In this document: positions 24,430-37,421 of the stretch, in pieces
Position numbering within the stretch: the first letter of the stretch is position 1
How the letters are laid out: each line of letters opens with the position of its first letter
From: Octopus sinensis
Taxonomy: Eukaryota
Direction: 5' to 3'
DNA: 64,000 nt
Assembly: GCF_006345805.1 (NCBI RefSeq)
Contig: NC_043023.1
Location: 6,882,001-6,946,000, forward strand
Notes under the pieces: generated by a model
The model's database searches: none
The model's input: the letters and a program-made list of their open reading frames with translations, nothing else
Told to the model about the DNA's origin: nothing
Position numbers and translations under genes: made by a program

Positions 24430-24942
24430 CTGTAAATCCTCGAGTATAATCCGCATTTTTCCCCCAAAAATTTAAAGGTCAAAATCCCTAGTGCGTACTA
24501 TATACGAGGTTAAAAATGAAAATCATTTTCTAAGCAATGTCCTAGTCTCTATTTGCTGTCCGGCAATGTTTATTCAGACGCATTTTGTGATGTCGGGTGT
24601 GAAAATACCTTAAGCTAAGCCTGAAAGCAATGAAGTCATAAAAGAATCATCCATAACTTGCAGTAAGCAACATTTATTAAACGTTATTACTGTTATTTCT
24701 TTATTTTCTGCAAACAAAATGCACAAAAAAGCTACACGTTTGCATTATGTTATATATACAATAATAATAAAGGACGTTACCGTATACAGTTTTACAAACC
24801 AAGGACATTATATAGACCTCCTTGACTCAAGTTAGAGAAGGGGTGCATATTATACACAAGGTTTAGGTTTTTCAGAGGTACATCCCCCTAAAAATCCCCT
24901 GCGTATTATACTCAAGGGCGGACTATACTTAAGGATTTAAGG
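24430..24942. mobile_element. Tigger/pogo-like MITE (TA TSD)
   Basis: TA|CTGTAAATCCTCGAGTATAATCCGC ... GCGGACTATACTTAAGGATTTAAGG|TA; interrupts an S1 SINE; near-identical copy at 53733-54243. Confidence 0.85.
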
Positions 24943-27373
24943 TACAGATATATGACAGTCTTCTTTCAGTTTCCGTCTACCAAATCCTCTCACAAGGCTT
25001 TGGTCGGCCTGAGGCTATAGTAGAAGACACTTGCCCAAGGTGCCATGCAATGGGACTGAACCTGGAACCATGTGGTTGTTAAGCAAGCTACTTACCACAC
25101 AACCACTCCTACGCCTATTATGTTTAAAATTAATTGAAATAAAGGCAGTGTATTTCAACAGAAATATGATAACAAAAGGGTTAAACATACAGGAACCAGT
25201 CGTACCCAAAAGTGTAGCAGTGTCATTGTTGTTTGTTCCTTCTTGAGTCATGCCTGGCTCATAAGGGCCGGTTTCCCAGTTTCCTTGGCATATAGGTTCC
25301 CCACCTGGACGGGACACCGATCTGTCGCAGGTGAGGTGCAAGATGCAGGAGGAAAGAGAGAGAGAATGTTGTGGCGAAAGAGTCAGCAGAAGTTCGCCGT
25401 TACCTTCTGCCGGATCCATGTGGAGCTTAGGTGTTTTGCTCATAAACACACACATCGCCCGTCTGAGATTCGAACCTGTGATCCCTCGACCATGAGTCCA
25501 TTGCTCTAACCACTAGGCCATGTGCCTCCACGTAGCAGTATCATTGTAAACTACCAAGCTTTTTTCAGTTTCCCTCTCACAAATCCACTCACAAGGCTTT
25601 GGTTGACGCAAAGCCACAACAGAAGACATTGCCCCAGGTGTCATGCAGTGGGTGAGATTGAAACCAGAACCACGTCACTGGCAAGCAAACTTCTTAACCA
25701 CACAACATGCCAGTGGCTATAAAAACAAGAAAAATACATAAACATCACATGATCACGTGACCGACCAGGCTATCGGATGTTGCTACACATCGCTGGTCAC
25801 AATGCGCTTCACATTGTTTTAGCCTTCAAATGACGCCACCCCGCTGGCTAAGCGAGCAGGCCAACAGAAAAAGTGAGAGAAAGTTGTGGCGAAAGAGTAC
25901 AGCAGGGATCGCCACCACCCCCTGCCGGAGCCTCGTGGAGCTTTTAGGTGTTTCCGCTCAATAAACACTCACAATGCCCGGTCTGGGGATTGAAACCGCT
26001 ATCCTACAACCGCGAGTCTTCTGCCCTAACTACTGGGCCATTGTGCCTCCACTACATAAATAAACATGCAACTAAATAATTAAACACGGTCAGCTGAAAT
26101 TAAACTGGTTGAATCGACAAGTTTCAGTAAACGCTGCCATGTCTATCAGGTAGAAGTACTTGTTGAAACATCTACTTAGATCCTGTGTGATTTCAGATGA
26201 CCTATTTAAATTATTTATACTCTATATCCGGTATTGAGTACTCTCTCTTCGGCTTGCTGCCAGCCGTGTGTCTATATGTGTATAAGGTTAGTAGGAACTT
26301 CAAACACACTATCAGTGCTCTTCTTGTAAAAAAAGTATAATCGCTATGTACTTCACATTGCCAACCGGTGGTTGTCACGTGCTGATGACGGGTCAATACC
26401 TAGAAACCTGGGTCCGTGTGTATCACATCAGGTTGAAGATGGAAAGGATGACTTCCCTTTGCAAATACTGATAGGACGCAGAAAGTGTGTCAATAGCCAG
26501 CTGGAGGAGGTATCTTCTTGGGGCTACAAGCTACAGTAGCATCCACCCTAAGGGGTTAGCCATATTTAGTGGAAAATATACTTATTTATATATATATATA
26601 TATATATAATATATATATACATGTATGTATGTATATATTTATAGACATGGTGAATGAGAAACAGAAGATGGAAAATATGAGAATTTTCATTAGTCCCGAC
26701 AATTGTTTCGAAACATCTAGCATCGATCCCTCATGGGTGGGATACTTAAAAACTGGTGATGGAATATACTAAATCTCTCTTAAATCACCATTAATGTATG
26801 GCTTTTTAAGTGAATAATGCCCCATAAATAATCGTGCAAATTCCCCACAAAATCGATCAGGTGGGGTGAGGGAGACAAAAAAAAACATCATTTTTTGCAA
26901 ATTTTATTTGCTAAAAATATACTCCAGAGTATTTTCTAGGGCATTGCAAAAATAAAATCCGAAAAACCCCGTGGAAACAGAGAAATTCCAACTTGTTGGT
27001 GCTACTGATCTCTGACATCAATATTTGTCTAACAAATTCCAGAAGGAATAAAGTGGAATTCTTTCTGTTCAACAGGTGTAGGAGTGGCTGTGTGGTAAGT
27101 AGCTTGTTTATCAACCACATGGTTCCGGGTTCAATCCCACTACGTGGCACCTTGGGCAAGTGTCTTCTACTATAGCCTCGGGCCGACCAAAGCTTTGTGA
27201 GTGGATTTGGTAGACGGAAACTGAAAAAAGCCCGTCGTATATATATGTGTGGATTCTAAGTCAGTTACATCGTCCCCAATGCTAAACTGGTATTTATTTT
27301 ATCGACCCCGAAGGGATGAAAGACAAAGCTGACCTCAGCGAAATTTGAACTCAGAATCCTTTTACCAGGCATA

Positions 27374-27779
27374 CTCTTCTCTTTTACTTGTTTCAGTCAT
27401 TTGACTGTGGCCATGCTGGAGCACCGCCTTTAATCGAGCAACTCGACCCCGGGACTTATTCTTTTGTAAGCCCAGTACTTATTCTATCGGTCTCTTTTGC
27501 CGAACCGCTAAGTAACGGGGACGTAAACACACCAGCATCGGTTGTCAAGCAATGCTAGGGGGACAAACACAGACACACAAACACACACACGCATATATAT
27601 ATATATACATATATACGACGGGCTTCTTTCAGTTTCCGTCTACCAAATCCACTCACAAGGCGTTGGTCGGCCCGAGGCTATAGTAGAATACACTTGCCCA
27701 AAGTGCCACACAGTGGGACTGAACCCGGAACCATGTGGTTGGTAAACAAGCTACTTACCACACAGCCACTCCTGCACCT
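27374..27779 (-). mobile_element. S1 SINE
   Basis: Full-length reverse copy. Confidence 0.85.
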
Positions 27780-28773
27780 ATGTTAACTAATAATTCTGCT
27801 AGTTTGCTGCCTTATTGGTTTCAAATTTTGGCACAGAGCCAGCAATTGCGAGGGATATATTAAGTCGAACCCCAATGTTTGACTAGCACTTATTTTATCG
27901 ACTCTATCCGAAAGGATGAAAGGCAAAGTCGACCTCGGTGGAATTTGAATTCAGAACGTAAAGACAGGCGAAATGGCGCTAAGCATTTTGCCCGGCGTGC
28001 TAACGATTCTGCAAACTGGTAGCCTTAAACAAATTAACAATAACAACTTACAGTTTGGTCCAAGTGAAAGTGGTACGCTAAAGTCCAAATTCGCCCTTAT
28101 GCTTCTTAAAGTCCAACGCAAGAGCGGTGTGTTGGCAGAAACGGTTGAGCGTTAACAAAATAGAACGGAACTTCAAATAAAATTTACATACGCCCTTTTG
28201 TGTTGTGATTTCGTTTCCTGCCAAGGTCGTTTTAAACTTTTATTGTAACGGGCTTCCTCGCCTCAAATTCTCTTCTAATTTGTACATACCTTTCACAAAT
28301 GGAAAGACAAACGCACAAACATGTATGTTTGCACGCATGCATATAAACACACACACATGTTTGTACGCACGTACGCGCGTGTATACAAACACACATGTGT
28401 TTGTCTCAGTATGTGTGTGACGACTGCAAATGCAGTTTCTTGTCGCACAAGCAGACTTCGATTTCACCTGTTCAAAAGGGATCTTCACTCCAATATTTTA
28501 CATGCTGTTATTTATATAACCCTACATGTGATTCGAGATCCACTGCAGTATATATATATATATATATATATATAAAGTATATATATATATATATATATAT
28601 ATACTTTATTTAAAAGCAGTTCTTGGGACAGTTTTGTTAACATAACGGGAACGTGAAACTCCGAGTAACAACTTTTGTTACATTCCTGCTGCTTTTAAAT
28701 AAAGCATATTACTCTACCTCTAGTATTTGAGTACTCTTTTTTCCACCTTGTTTCACATTTATGTGCTTACTCC

Positions 28774-28814
<41 letters not shown>

Positions 28815-29599
28815 ATAATATATATATATATAATAATAACAAAGGGCGAAATTTAGAGGGAATAGCTAAGATTTTTTTACTGCTATTTCTAAACTTCGGT
28901 ATGTGGTGAAGCAAATCGTAGCTGAACCCTAATTATATAGTATATATATATTGTTAAACTTGGAGGTGGGCATATTTTGCAAATTATAGCAAAATACGAT
29001 CGCCTTCAAGGATATCCGTTTCAACACACGATTTCTCACCAAGAATTTTGGCAAAACAAATACACACACACTATGGACTAAGCAAAACAAGAGAAGACCC
29101 CTGAGATAAAGAATCGTTGAAACGGTCACAAGATGTGTGATGAAGAATCTTAGACAATGGGACAAAATTAATAATTAAGCTGAAAGATTAAGTCTATAAT
29201 GCGAGGGGTTAATTACCAACATATGACCATCCCCAAAGCATAACTATATATGTGTGTGTGTGCGTGTATGCGTGTGTTTGTGCGTGTGTATGTGTATGTG
29301 TGTGTGTGTGTGTGTGTGCAAGAGCACCTGTATGCGTGTGTGCGGTGCACCTGTACAGGTGATGTCGGTTTGATGGAGGGCGTGAGCATATGTGTGTACA
29401 AACATTTGATCTCTGTAAACAAATCGTTTGTGTGGTTGTTTGTTAAGAAGATGCCAAGCCCTCATACGTCGCCTGACGACGGGAATCCGTGATATGCATG
29501 TAAAGATCAGTCAACCGAAACATAGAGACAAAAAAAAAGGAAAGAAAAAGGAAGTAAGTAAAAAGAAAAACAAAGGTAAAAAAATAAAAGTGAAAATAC

Positions 29600-29880
29600 C
29601 ATCCTGGGTCAGAAGGAAAGCGTGTACCGGGGCAATGTGCACGCATTGACGTGACGTCATCAAAACATGCGTAGGAACTCTTGGCGAAGCCGTTCAACGG
29701 AAGGCGGAGTAGAGTGGCGAGAGGAGGAAAGAGAAGGGGAGGAGAGTAAAAGTGGAAGTGAGAGAACGAGGAAGGTCGCGGTGGGAGGAAGTAGAAGCGA
29801 GGAAGACGGAAGTGTGACAGATTGTTATGTCGTTGCTATGGTTACCTTCCTTCGCTTTGGCGGAAGTGCATGGGAGATTT
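29600..29880. promoter_or_regulatory. Candidate Pol II promoter / CpG-rich island
   Basis: Non-repetitive, CpG-rich. TGACG plus a full CRE TGACGTCA (29647-29659), ETS CGGAAGTG (29807-29814, 29861-29868), RFX X-box GTTGCTATGGTTAC (29832-29845). Confidence 0.6.
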
Positions 29881-29921
29881 GTACTTGGCAATGTCAACTT
29901 GTTGCTATAATTATATATATA

Positions 29922-30316
29922 CTAGCAGTATCGCCCGGCGTTGCTCGGGTTTGTAAGGGAAATAACTATATAAGCATTATTAGAGTTATAGCCAAAAAAT
30001 AGCAAGAAAATGCATTAAAAATGGAAAAAAAATTATGGTAAATTTTTTTTTAAATCGTTGACTCATCGTAGACATTTTTAGAGAGTTACTTCCCCTATAT
30101 AATAGCGGAAAAATGCATTAAAATGGAAAAAAATGATAGTAAATTTTTTTTTAATCGTAGACTCATCGTAGACGCGCGCTAATACCCAGAAGGGCTCGAT
30201 ATGAATCACGACTATAAGATACCCGGTTTTGGTTAAACTGCACCGCAAAATGTGGGAGTAGTTAGGAATCTAAATCGTAGGAGACAGACACACAACCTTA
30301 CTTTTATATATAAAGA
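29922..30316 (-). mobile_element. Non-autonomous Helitron-like element (family of 9302-9809)
   Basis: Reverse copy with CTAG/hairpin end and TC start. Confidence 0.8.
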
Positions 30317-30333
30317 TATATATATATATATAT

Positions 30334-30848
30334 GGATCTTTTCCTTTTGAACGGCACATGTCAACACAATTTCTAGTTAGCTAAACACTTTAAAACTTCG
30401 TATACTGGTAGAATGTGTGAAAATAAAACATTTTTTTCTCTTGGCTTTCTTGAGAAAATTGTAATTTGTTTGTTTAACGTAGTTTAATTTTTCGAATTTT
30501 AACCAATACTATGCCCTCTATTGAGCTACAATCATTTGCTGCGTCTAAAACTGAGACAACATCCTGTCACTCGTCCTAACCCTAACCCTAATTTTTTTTT
30601 TCTTAATTGTTAAATTAATTTAATTGTTACGCGTGTAAAAGAAACGTATACGGAAAGTGTGTGTATAAAATTATAGAATTATTTTGTTTGTTAATTGTTT
30701 AAATTATTTTCCATTGCTTTCGTTTTTTTTTTACACGCGTAACAATTAAATTAATTTAACAATTAAGAAAAAAAAAATTAGCTTTAGGGTTAGGGTTAGG
30801 TTGAGGGTTAGTGACAGGATGTTGTCTCAGTTTTAGACGCAGCAAATG
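30334..30848. mobile_element. Foldback MITE (GGATCTTTTC family), right outer arm missing
   Basis: Left TIR ggatcttttccttttgaacggca; internal inverted repeat 30533-30848 containing (TAACCC)/(TTAGGG) motifs. Confidence 0.7.
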
Positions 30849-31319
30849 TATTCTGTCTGTGACTTTTGCCAAACTCTTACTTTAGCCGTTTCTGGTACCA
30901 AAAAATATAACTTTTGTCCTTTTCTACTCCACTTGTTTCAGTCAATAGATTGCTGCCATGCTAGGGCACCACTTAGAAGAATTTTAATTCAACAAATCGA
31001 CCCCAGTGCTTTTTTCAATTGTAAGCTGGCTCTTGTCGGTTTTCTCTTACGGAACTGTTTAGGTTACGGGTACGTAAATACACGAACACCGGTTGTGAAG
31101 CGATAACACACACATACGACAGGCTTCCTTGCAGTTTCTGTCTACCAAATCCATTCACAATGGTCAGTCCACGGCTAAAGCAAAAGACATTTTCTCAAGG
31201 TACCGCGCAGTGGAACTGAACCTGAAACCAAGTGGTTACAACACGAACTTCTTAACTACTCGCGTAACCGTATTAACACACAACATTGCAAAAAAAATAA
31301 TAAAAAGAAAAAATCAATC

Positions 31320-31464
31320 TGTCAGAAGTGGGATTCGAACCCACGGCCACATTCGTATTAACACACAACATACGTATTAACCGTATTAACACACAACATT
31401 GCAAAAAAAAGAAAAAGAAAAAAGAATCTGTCAGAAGTGGGATTCGAACCCACGACCACATTCG
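31320..31464 (-). pseudogene. Two tRNA-Leu 3'-half modules (31320-31355, 31429-31464)
   Basis: Only the variable arm, T arm and 3' acceptor strand (36 nt), fused to gcaatgttgtgtgttaatacg repeats. Confidence 0.85.
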
Positions 31465-31541
31465 TATTAACACACAGCATACATATTAATAGTATTAACA
31501 CACAACATTGCAAAAAAAATGAAAAGAAAAAAAAAACAATC

Positions 31542-31660
31542 TGTCAGAAGTGGGATTCGAACCCACGCCCACATTCGTGGACCAGAATACTCAATGTTCC
31601 GGTTAAGGTGCATTACATGTACCTTGAGTCTGGCGCCTTAGACCGCTCGGCCATCCTGAC
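31542..31660 (-). tRNA. tRNA-Leu(CAA) with 35-nt intron
   Basis: GTCAGGATGGCCGAGCGGTCTAAGGCGCCAGACTCAAG / intron / TTCTGGTCCACGAATGTGGGCGTGGGTTCGAATCCCACTTCTGACA; T-run terminator. Confidence 0.95.
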
Positions 31661-31792
31661 AGCTTCGGTAAACGGATCATCTTTAAGCCATGTCTTAGTC
31701 AACTGAAGCCATGACGTGTGCAATTTTTTAACACAATTCTTTCAACTTCAATGATAAATATCAAAGTGAGTTATATACAGTAGCGGTAACAC

Positions 31793-31933
31793 ATCGTGAC
31801 GTATATTTGCCATTTCAATATGGCTAACCCCTAAGGGTGGATGCTACTGTAGTGTGTCCTCCTGGGGCTAAGCACTACAGTAGCATCCACCCTTAGGGGT
31901 AGCCATATTGAAATGGCAAATATACGTCACGAT
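31793..31933. mobile_element. Short palindromic (hairpin) MITE
   Basis: atcgtgacgtatatttgccatttcaatatggcta...tagccatattgaaatggcaaatatacgtcacgat, ~60-bp arms; half copy at ~26520-26567. Confidence 0.75.
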
Positions 31934-31944
31934 CTTTCAACTTC

Positions 31945-32159
31945 ATCTACTCTTTTACTTGTTTCAGTCATTTGACTGCGGCCATGCTGGAGCACCGCCT
32001 TTAGTCGAGCAAATCGACCCCGGGACTTATTCTTTGTAAGCCCAGTACTTATTCTATCGGTCTCTTTGGCCGAACCGCTAAGTGACGAGGACGTAAACAC
32101 ACCAGCATCGGTTGTCAAGCAATGCTAGGGAGTCAAACACAGACACACAAACACACACA

Positions 32160-32205
<46 letters not shown>

Positions 32206-32371
32206 TACGACAGGCTTCTTTCAGTTTCCGTCTACCAAATCCACTCACAAGGCATTGGTCGGCCCGGGGCTATAGCAGAAGACACTTGCCCAAGATGCCA
32301 CGCAGTGGGACTGAACACGGAACCATGTGGTTGGGAAGCAAGCTACTTACCACGCAGCCACTGCTGCGCCT
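31945..32371 (-). mobile_element. Young S1 SINE inserted in the tRNA array
   Basis: Near-consensus S1, unlike the decayed S1 spacers around it. Confidence 0.85.
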
Positions 32372-32533
32372 TTTGTTGTGTCTGAAAAAAAAAAGTTTTG
32401 GGATTTGTGAATTTATTTTGCTTGTTTACGGAGCCGCGAAATGTGGTTAAACCCGAAACCACGTGGTCCAAAGCGTATTAGACTGACCTGGATACCAACT
32501 TGCAAGAAAATGAAAATAAAATAAAAGGATATC

Positions 32534-32652
32534 TGTCAGAAGTGGGATTCGAACCCACGCCCACATTCGTGGACCAGAATACTCAATGTTCTGGTTAAGG
32601 TGCATTACATGTACCTTGAGTCTGGCGCCTTAGACCACTCGGCCATCCTGAC
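32534..32652 (-). tRNA. tRNA-Leu(CAA), intron, U16 variant
   Basis: Exons intact; GAGTGGT D-loop. Confidence 0.93.
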
Positions 32653-33275
32653 ATCTTCGGTAAAGAGATCATCTTTAAGCCAGTCTTAGTAGATTGTAGC
32701 CATAACGTATACGATTTTTTAAAACCCAATTCTTTCAACTTATTTAATTGTGTCTGAAAAAATATTGTTTGGATTTGAGAATTTCTTTTTGTTTTTTTTT
32801 AAATTAATATTTGGCGTACCTACACAAATGTGCTCCATGCTGGGATCCCGTGTTGAAGTATTTCAAGTCGAATAAATCGCCCCCAGAACTTATTTAAAAA
32901 AAATAAATACTGGGGCATTTGTTCTATGGGGGCTCCTTTACCGAACTGTTATCTTACGGGGGACGTAAACACACCACCACCGGTTGTGAAGCCCGGACGG
33001 TACATACACACACAGATGACGGGCTTCCTGACGTTTTCTGTCGACCAACACTTCTCACAACGGGCATTCCGGGATTATAGAAGAGTACACTTGCTCAAGG
33101 TAGCGTGAAGCACAACTGAATCTGAGACCACGTGGTTACAGACGAAATTCCTAACTACTCACTATTTTTTTAGACACAACAAATGAAGTCGAAAGAATTG
33201 GGTTTTAAAAAATGGTACACGTTATGGCTTCAGTTGACTAAGAAATAGTTTAAAGATGACCGCTTCTTCGCAGTT

Positions 33276-33389
33276 GTCAGGATGGCCGAGCGGTCTAAGG
33301 CGCCACACTCAAGGTACATGTAATGCACCTTAACCAGAACATTGAGTATTCTGGTCCACGAATGTGGGCGTGGGTTCGAGTCTCACTTC
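33276..33389 (+). pseudogene. Inverted, 3'-truncated tRNA-Leu(CAA)
   Basis: G30C, T-arm changes and missing terminal TGACA; lies inside an inverted segment. Confidence 0.85.
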
Positions 33390-33555
33390 ACGACTTCATT
33401 TGTTGTGTCTAAAAAAAATAGTTTTTGGATTTGTGAATTTATTTCCTTGATTACGGTTCCGCAAAATGTGGTTAAACCTGAAACCACATGGTCCCAAGCG
33501 AATTAGACTGACCTGGATACCAACTTGTAAGAAAGTAAAATAAAAAAAGGGTACT

Positions 33556-33674
33556 TGTCAGAAGTGGGATTCGAACCCACGCCCACATTCGTGGACCAGA
33601 ATACTCAAAGTTCCGGTTAAGGTGCATTACATGTACCTTGAGTCTGGCGCCTTAGACCACTCGGCCATCCTGAC
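33556..33674 (-). tRNA. tRNA-Leu(CAA), intron, U16 (B-type)
   Basis: Exons intact. Confidence 0.93.
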
Positions 33675-34233
33675 AGCTTCGGTAAGGAGATCATCTTAAA
33701 GCCATTTCTTAGTCGACTATAGTCAGAAAGCGTACAATTTTTTTAAACCCAATTCTTTCAACTTATTTGATTGTGTCTAAAGAAATATTGTTTGGATTTA
33801 GGAATTTCTTTTGCATTTTTAAAATTAATATTTGGCATACCTACACAAACGTGCTCTATGCTGGGATTCCGTGTTGAAGAATTTCCGGTCGAATAAATCG
33901 ACCCCAGTACTTATTTTTAAAAAATATATGCTGGGGTATTTGTTCCACCGAGCCTCCTTTACCGAACTATTATCTTACGGGGGATGTAAACACATCACCA
34001 CCGGTTGTGAAGCGATGACGGTACATACACACAGACACACATACGACGGGCTTCCTCACAGTTTCTCTTGACTAACTCTGCTCGCAACAATCATTCCGGG
34101 ATTATAGAAGAGTACACAGGCCTAAGGCGCCGTAAAGTAGAACTGAAACCGAGACCACGTGCTTACAAATCACATTCCTAACTACTCAACCGTCCTAGAA
34201 CACTACGCAAAAAAAAAGAAGAAAAACACAATC

Positions 34234-34352
34234 TGACAGAAGTGGGATTCGAACCCACGCCCACATTCGTGGACCAGAATACTCAATGTTCTGGTTAAGG
34301 TGCATTATATGTACCTTGAGTCTGGCGCCTTAGACCGCTCGGCCATCCTGAC
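34234..34352 (-). tRNA. tRNA-Leu(CAA), intron, C16 (A-type), acceptor mismatch U2:U71
   Basis: Plus strand reads tgacaga instead of tgtcaga. Confidence 0.75.
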
Positions 34353-34605
34353 AGCTGCGATAAATTGTTTGTCTTTAAATCATTTCTTAGTCAACTGAAG
34401 CCATGACGTGCAATTTTTTAACCCAATTCTTTCGACTTCATTTGTTGTGTCTGAAAAGAAAAGTTTTTGGATTTGTGAATTTATTTTCCTTGTTTACGGT
34501 GCTGCGAAATGCGGTGAAACCCGAAACCACGTTGTCCAAAGCGAATTAGACTGACCTGGACACCAACTAGCAAGAAAATAAAATAAAATAAAATAAAAGG
34601 TTATC

Positions 34606-34724
34606 TGTCAGAAGTGGGATTCGAACCCACGCCCACATTCGTGGACCAGAATACTCAATGTTCCGGTTAAGGTGCATTAAATGTACCTTGAGTCTGGCGC
34701 CTTAGACCACTCGGCCATCCTGAC
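34606..34724 (-). tRNA. tRNA-Leu(CAA), intron, U16 (B-type)
   Basis: Exons intact. Confidence 0.93.
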
Positions 34725-35288
34725 AGCTTCGGTAAGCGGGTCATCTTTAAGCCATGTCTTAGTCGATTGTAGTCAGAACGTGTACAATTTTTTAAAACCC
34801 AATTCTTTCAACTTATTTGATTGTGTCTAAAAAAATATTGTTTGGATTTCGGAATTTCTTTTTGGTCTTTTTAAAATTAATATTTGGCATACCTACACAA
34901 ATGTGCTCCATGATGGGGCACTAAATTGAAAAGTTTCTGGTGGAATAAATCGACCCCAGAACTTATTTTTTGAAAATAAATACTGGGGTATTTGTTCCAC
35001 CGAGCCTCCTTTACAGAAATGTTATCTTACGGGGGACGTAAACACACCACCACCGGTTGCGAAGCGATGACGGTACACACACACACACATACATACGACG
35101 GGCTTCCTCGCAGTTTCTCTTGACTAACTCTGCTCGCAAGAATCATTCCGGGATTATAGAAGAGTACACAGGCTTAAGGCTCCGTAAAGTACAACTGAAA
35201 CCGAGACCACTAGCTTCCAAATCACATTCCTAACTACTGAACCGTCCTAGAACACTACGCAAAAAACAAAAAACAAAAAAAAAAAATC

Positions 35289-35324
35289 TGTCAGAAGTGG
35301 GATTCGAACCCACGTCCACATTCG
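35289..35324 (-). pseudogene. tRNA-Leu 3'-half module
   Basis: Same 36-nt fragment and linker as at 31320. Confidence 0.85.
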
Positions 35325-35395
35325 AATGAACACACAACATACGTATTAACCGTATTAACACACAACATTGCAAAGAAAAAGAAAAAAAAACAATC

Positions 35396-35514
35396 TGTCA
35401 GAAGTGGGATTCGAACCCACGCCCACATTCGTGGACCAGAATACTCAATGTTCTGGTTAAGGTGCATTGCATGTACCTTGAGTCTGGCGCCTTAGACCGC
35501 TCGGCCATCCTGAC
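35396..35514 (-). tRNA. tRNA-Leu(CAA), intron, C16 (A-type)
   Basis: Exons intact. Confidence 0.93.
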
Positions 35515-35771
35515 AGCTTCGGTAAACGGATCATCTTTAAGCCATGTCTTAGTCAACTGAAGCCATGACGGGTGCAATTTTTTAACCCAATTCTTTCGAC
35601 TTCATTTGTTGTGTCTAAAAGGAAATTAGTTTTGGGATTTGTGAATTTATTTTGCTTGATTACGGAGCCGCGAAATGTGGTTAAACCCGAAACTACGTGG
35701 TCCGAAGCGAATTAGACTGACCTGGATACCAACTTGGATACCAAGAAAATAAAATAAAACAAAAGGGTACT

Positions 35772-35890
35772 TGTCAGAAGTGGGATTCGAACCCACGCCC
35801 ACATTCGTGGACCAGAATACTCAATGTTCCGGTTAAGGTGCATCATATGTACCTTGAGTCTGGCGCCTTAGACCACTCGGCCATCCTGAC
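35772..35890 (-). tRNA. tRNA-Leu(CAA), intron, U16 (B-type)
   Basis: Exons intact. Confidence 0.93.
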
Positions 35891-36439
35891 AGCTTCGCGA
35901 AGCGCATCATCTTTAAGCCATGTCTTAGTAGATTGTAGTCAGAACGTGTACAATTTTTTTAACCCAATTCTTTCGACTTATTTGATTGTGTCTAAAAAAA
36001 TATTGTTTGGATTTCGGAATTTGTTTCGTTTTTCTAAAATTAATATTTGGCATACTTACACAAATGTGCTCCATGCTGGGCCACTGAATTGAAGAATTTA
36101 CGGTCGAATAAATCGACCCCAGTACTTACTTTTTAAAAATAAATACTGGGGTATTTGTTCCACCGAGCCTCCTTTACCGAACTGTTATCTTACGGGGGAC
36201 GTAAACACACCACCACCGGTTGCAAAGCGATGACGGTTCACACAAACATACGACGGACTTCCTGACCATTTCTGCCGACCAACTCTTCTCACAACAGTCA
36301 TTCCGGGATTATAGATGAGTACACAGGCTTAAGGCGCCGTAAAGTAGAACTGAAACCGAGACCATATGCTTACAAGTCACATTCCTAACTACTCAACCGT
36401 CCTAGAACACTACGCAAAAAAAAGAAGAAAAACACAATC

Positions 36440-36558
36440 TGTCAGAAGTGGGATTCGAACCCACGCCCACATTCGTGGACCAGAATACTCAATGTTCTGG
36501 CTAAGGTGAATTACATGTACCTTGAGTCTGGCGCCTTAGACCGCTCGGCCATCCTGAC
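36440..36558 (-). tRNA. tRNA-Leu(CAA), intron, C16 (A-type)
   Basis: Exons intact. Confidence 0.93.
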
Positions 36559-36612
36559 AGCTTCGGTAAACTGATCATCTTTAAGCCATTTCTTAGTCAA
36601 CTGAAGCCATAA

Positions 36613-36830
36613 CGTTCAGAAATGTAAATAAACCCAATGTGTTTCTTAAACGAGGGACATTTTCATACGGCACAGAATGTATTCACCTCAATAGACGTCA
36701 TTGATTGGTTGAAATTGCAGAAATTGAAGAAAAAAACTCCAACAAATATCTTACAAACTATAGAATTTTGTCAATAAAGCCAAGAGAAAAAGATGTTTTA
36801 TAAACACATTCTACCAGTATACCAGTAAAT
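36613..36830. mobile_element. Fragment of the GGATC foldback MITE where a B-type gene would be expected
   Basis: Matches the right arm of 42130-42932 and 55408-56035. Confidence 0.7.
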
Positions 36831-37302
36831 CCCAGTATTTAAAAAAAAATAAATAATGGGGTTTTTGTCACATCGAGCCTCCTTTACCGAACTGTTATCT
36901 TACGAGGGACGTAAACACACCACCACCGGTTGTGAAACGATGCACACAGCCGCCGAGGTCGACTTTGCCTTTCATCCTTTCGGGGTCGATAAATTAAGCA
37001 CCAGTTACGCACTGGGGTCGGTGCAATCGACTTAATACCTATGTCTGTCCTTGTTTGTCCCCTCTATGTTTAGCCCCTTGTGGGTAGTAAAAGAAATAGG
37101 TACAGACACACATACGATGGGCTTCCTGACGTTTCCTGTCGACCAACACTTCTCACAACCGTCATTCCGGGATTATAAAAGAGTACACTTGCTCAATGTA
37201 CCGTGAAATACAACTAAATCCGAGGCCATGTGTTTACGAACGAAATTCCTAACTTCTCACTTAACAGTACTATGCAAAAAAAAAAGAATAAAAAATACAA
37301 TC

Positions 37303-37421
37303 TGTCAAAAGTGGGATTCGAACCCACGCCCACATTCGTGGACCAGAATACTCAATGTTCTGGTTAAGGTGCATCACATGTACCTTGAGTCTGGCGCCTT
37401 AGATCGCTCGGCCATCCTGAC
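37303..37421 (-). pseudogene. tRNA-Leu(CAA) with G19A and C68U, probably impaired
   Basis: Plus strand reads agatcgctcg and tgtcaaaagtg. Confidence 0.7.

Noticed and set aside
26130-26520. Possible exon or LINE fragment
   Set aside because: Multiple stops, only faint LINE-like words (RFLGI, RLYFF); not assignable.
31261-31540. CRISPR-like repeated 36-nt and 18-nt units
   Set aside because: The repeats are tRNA 3' halves and a linker; the spacers are not unique, there are no cas genes and the context is eukaryotic.
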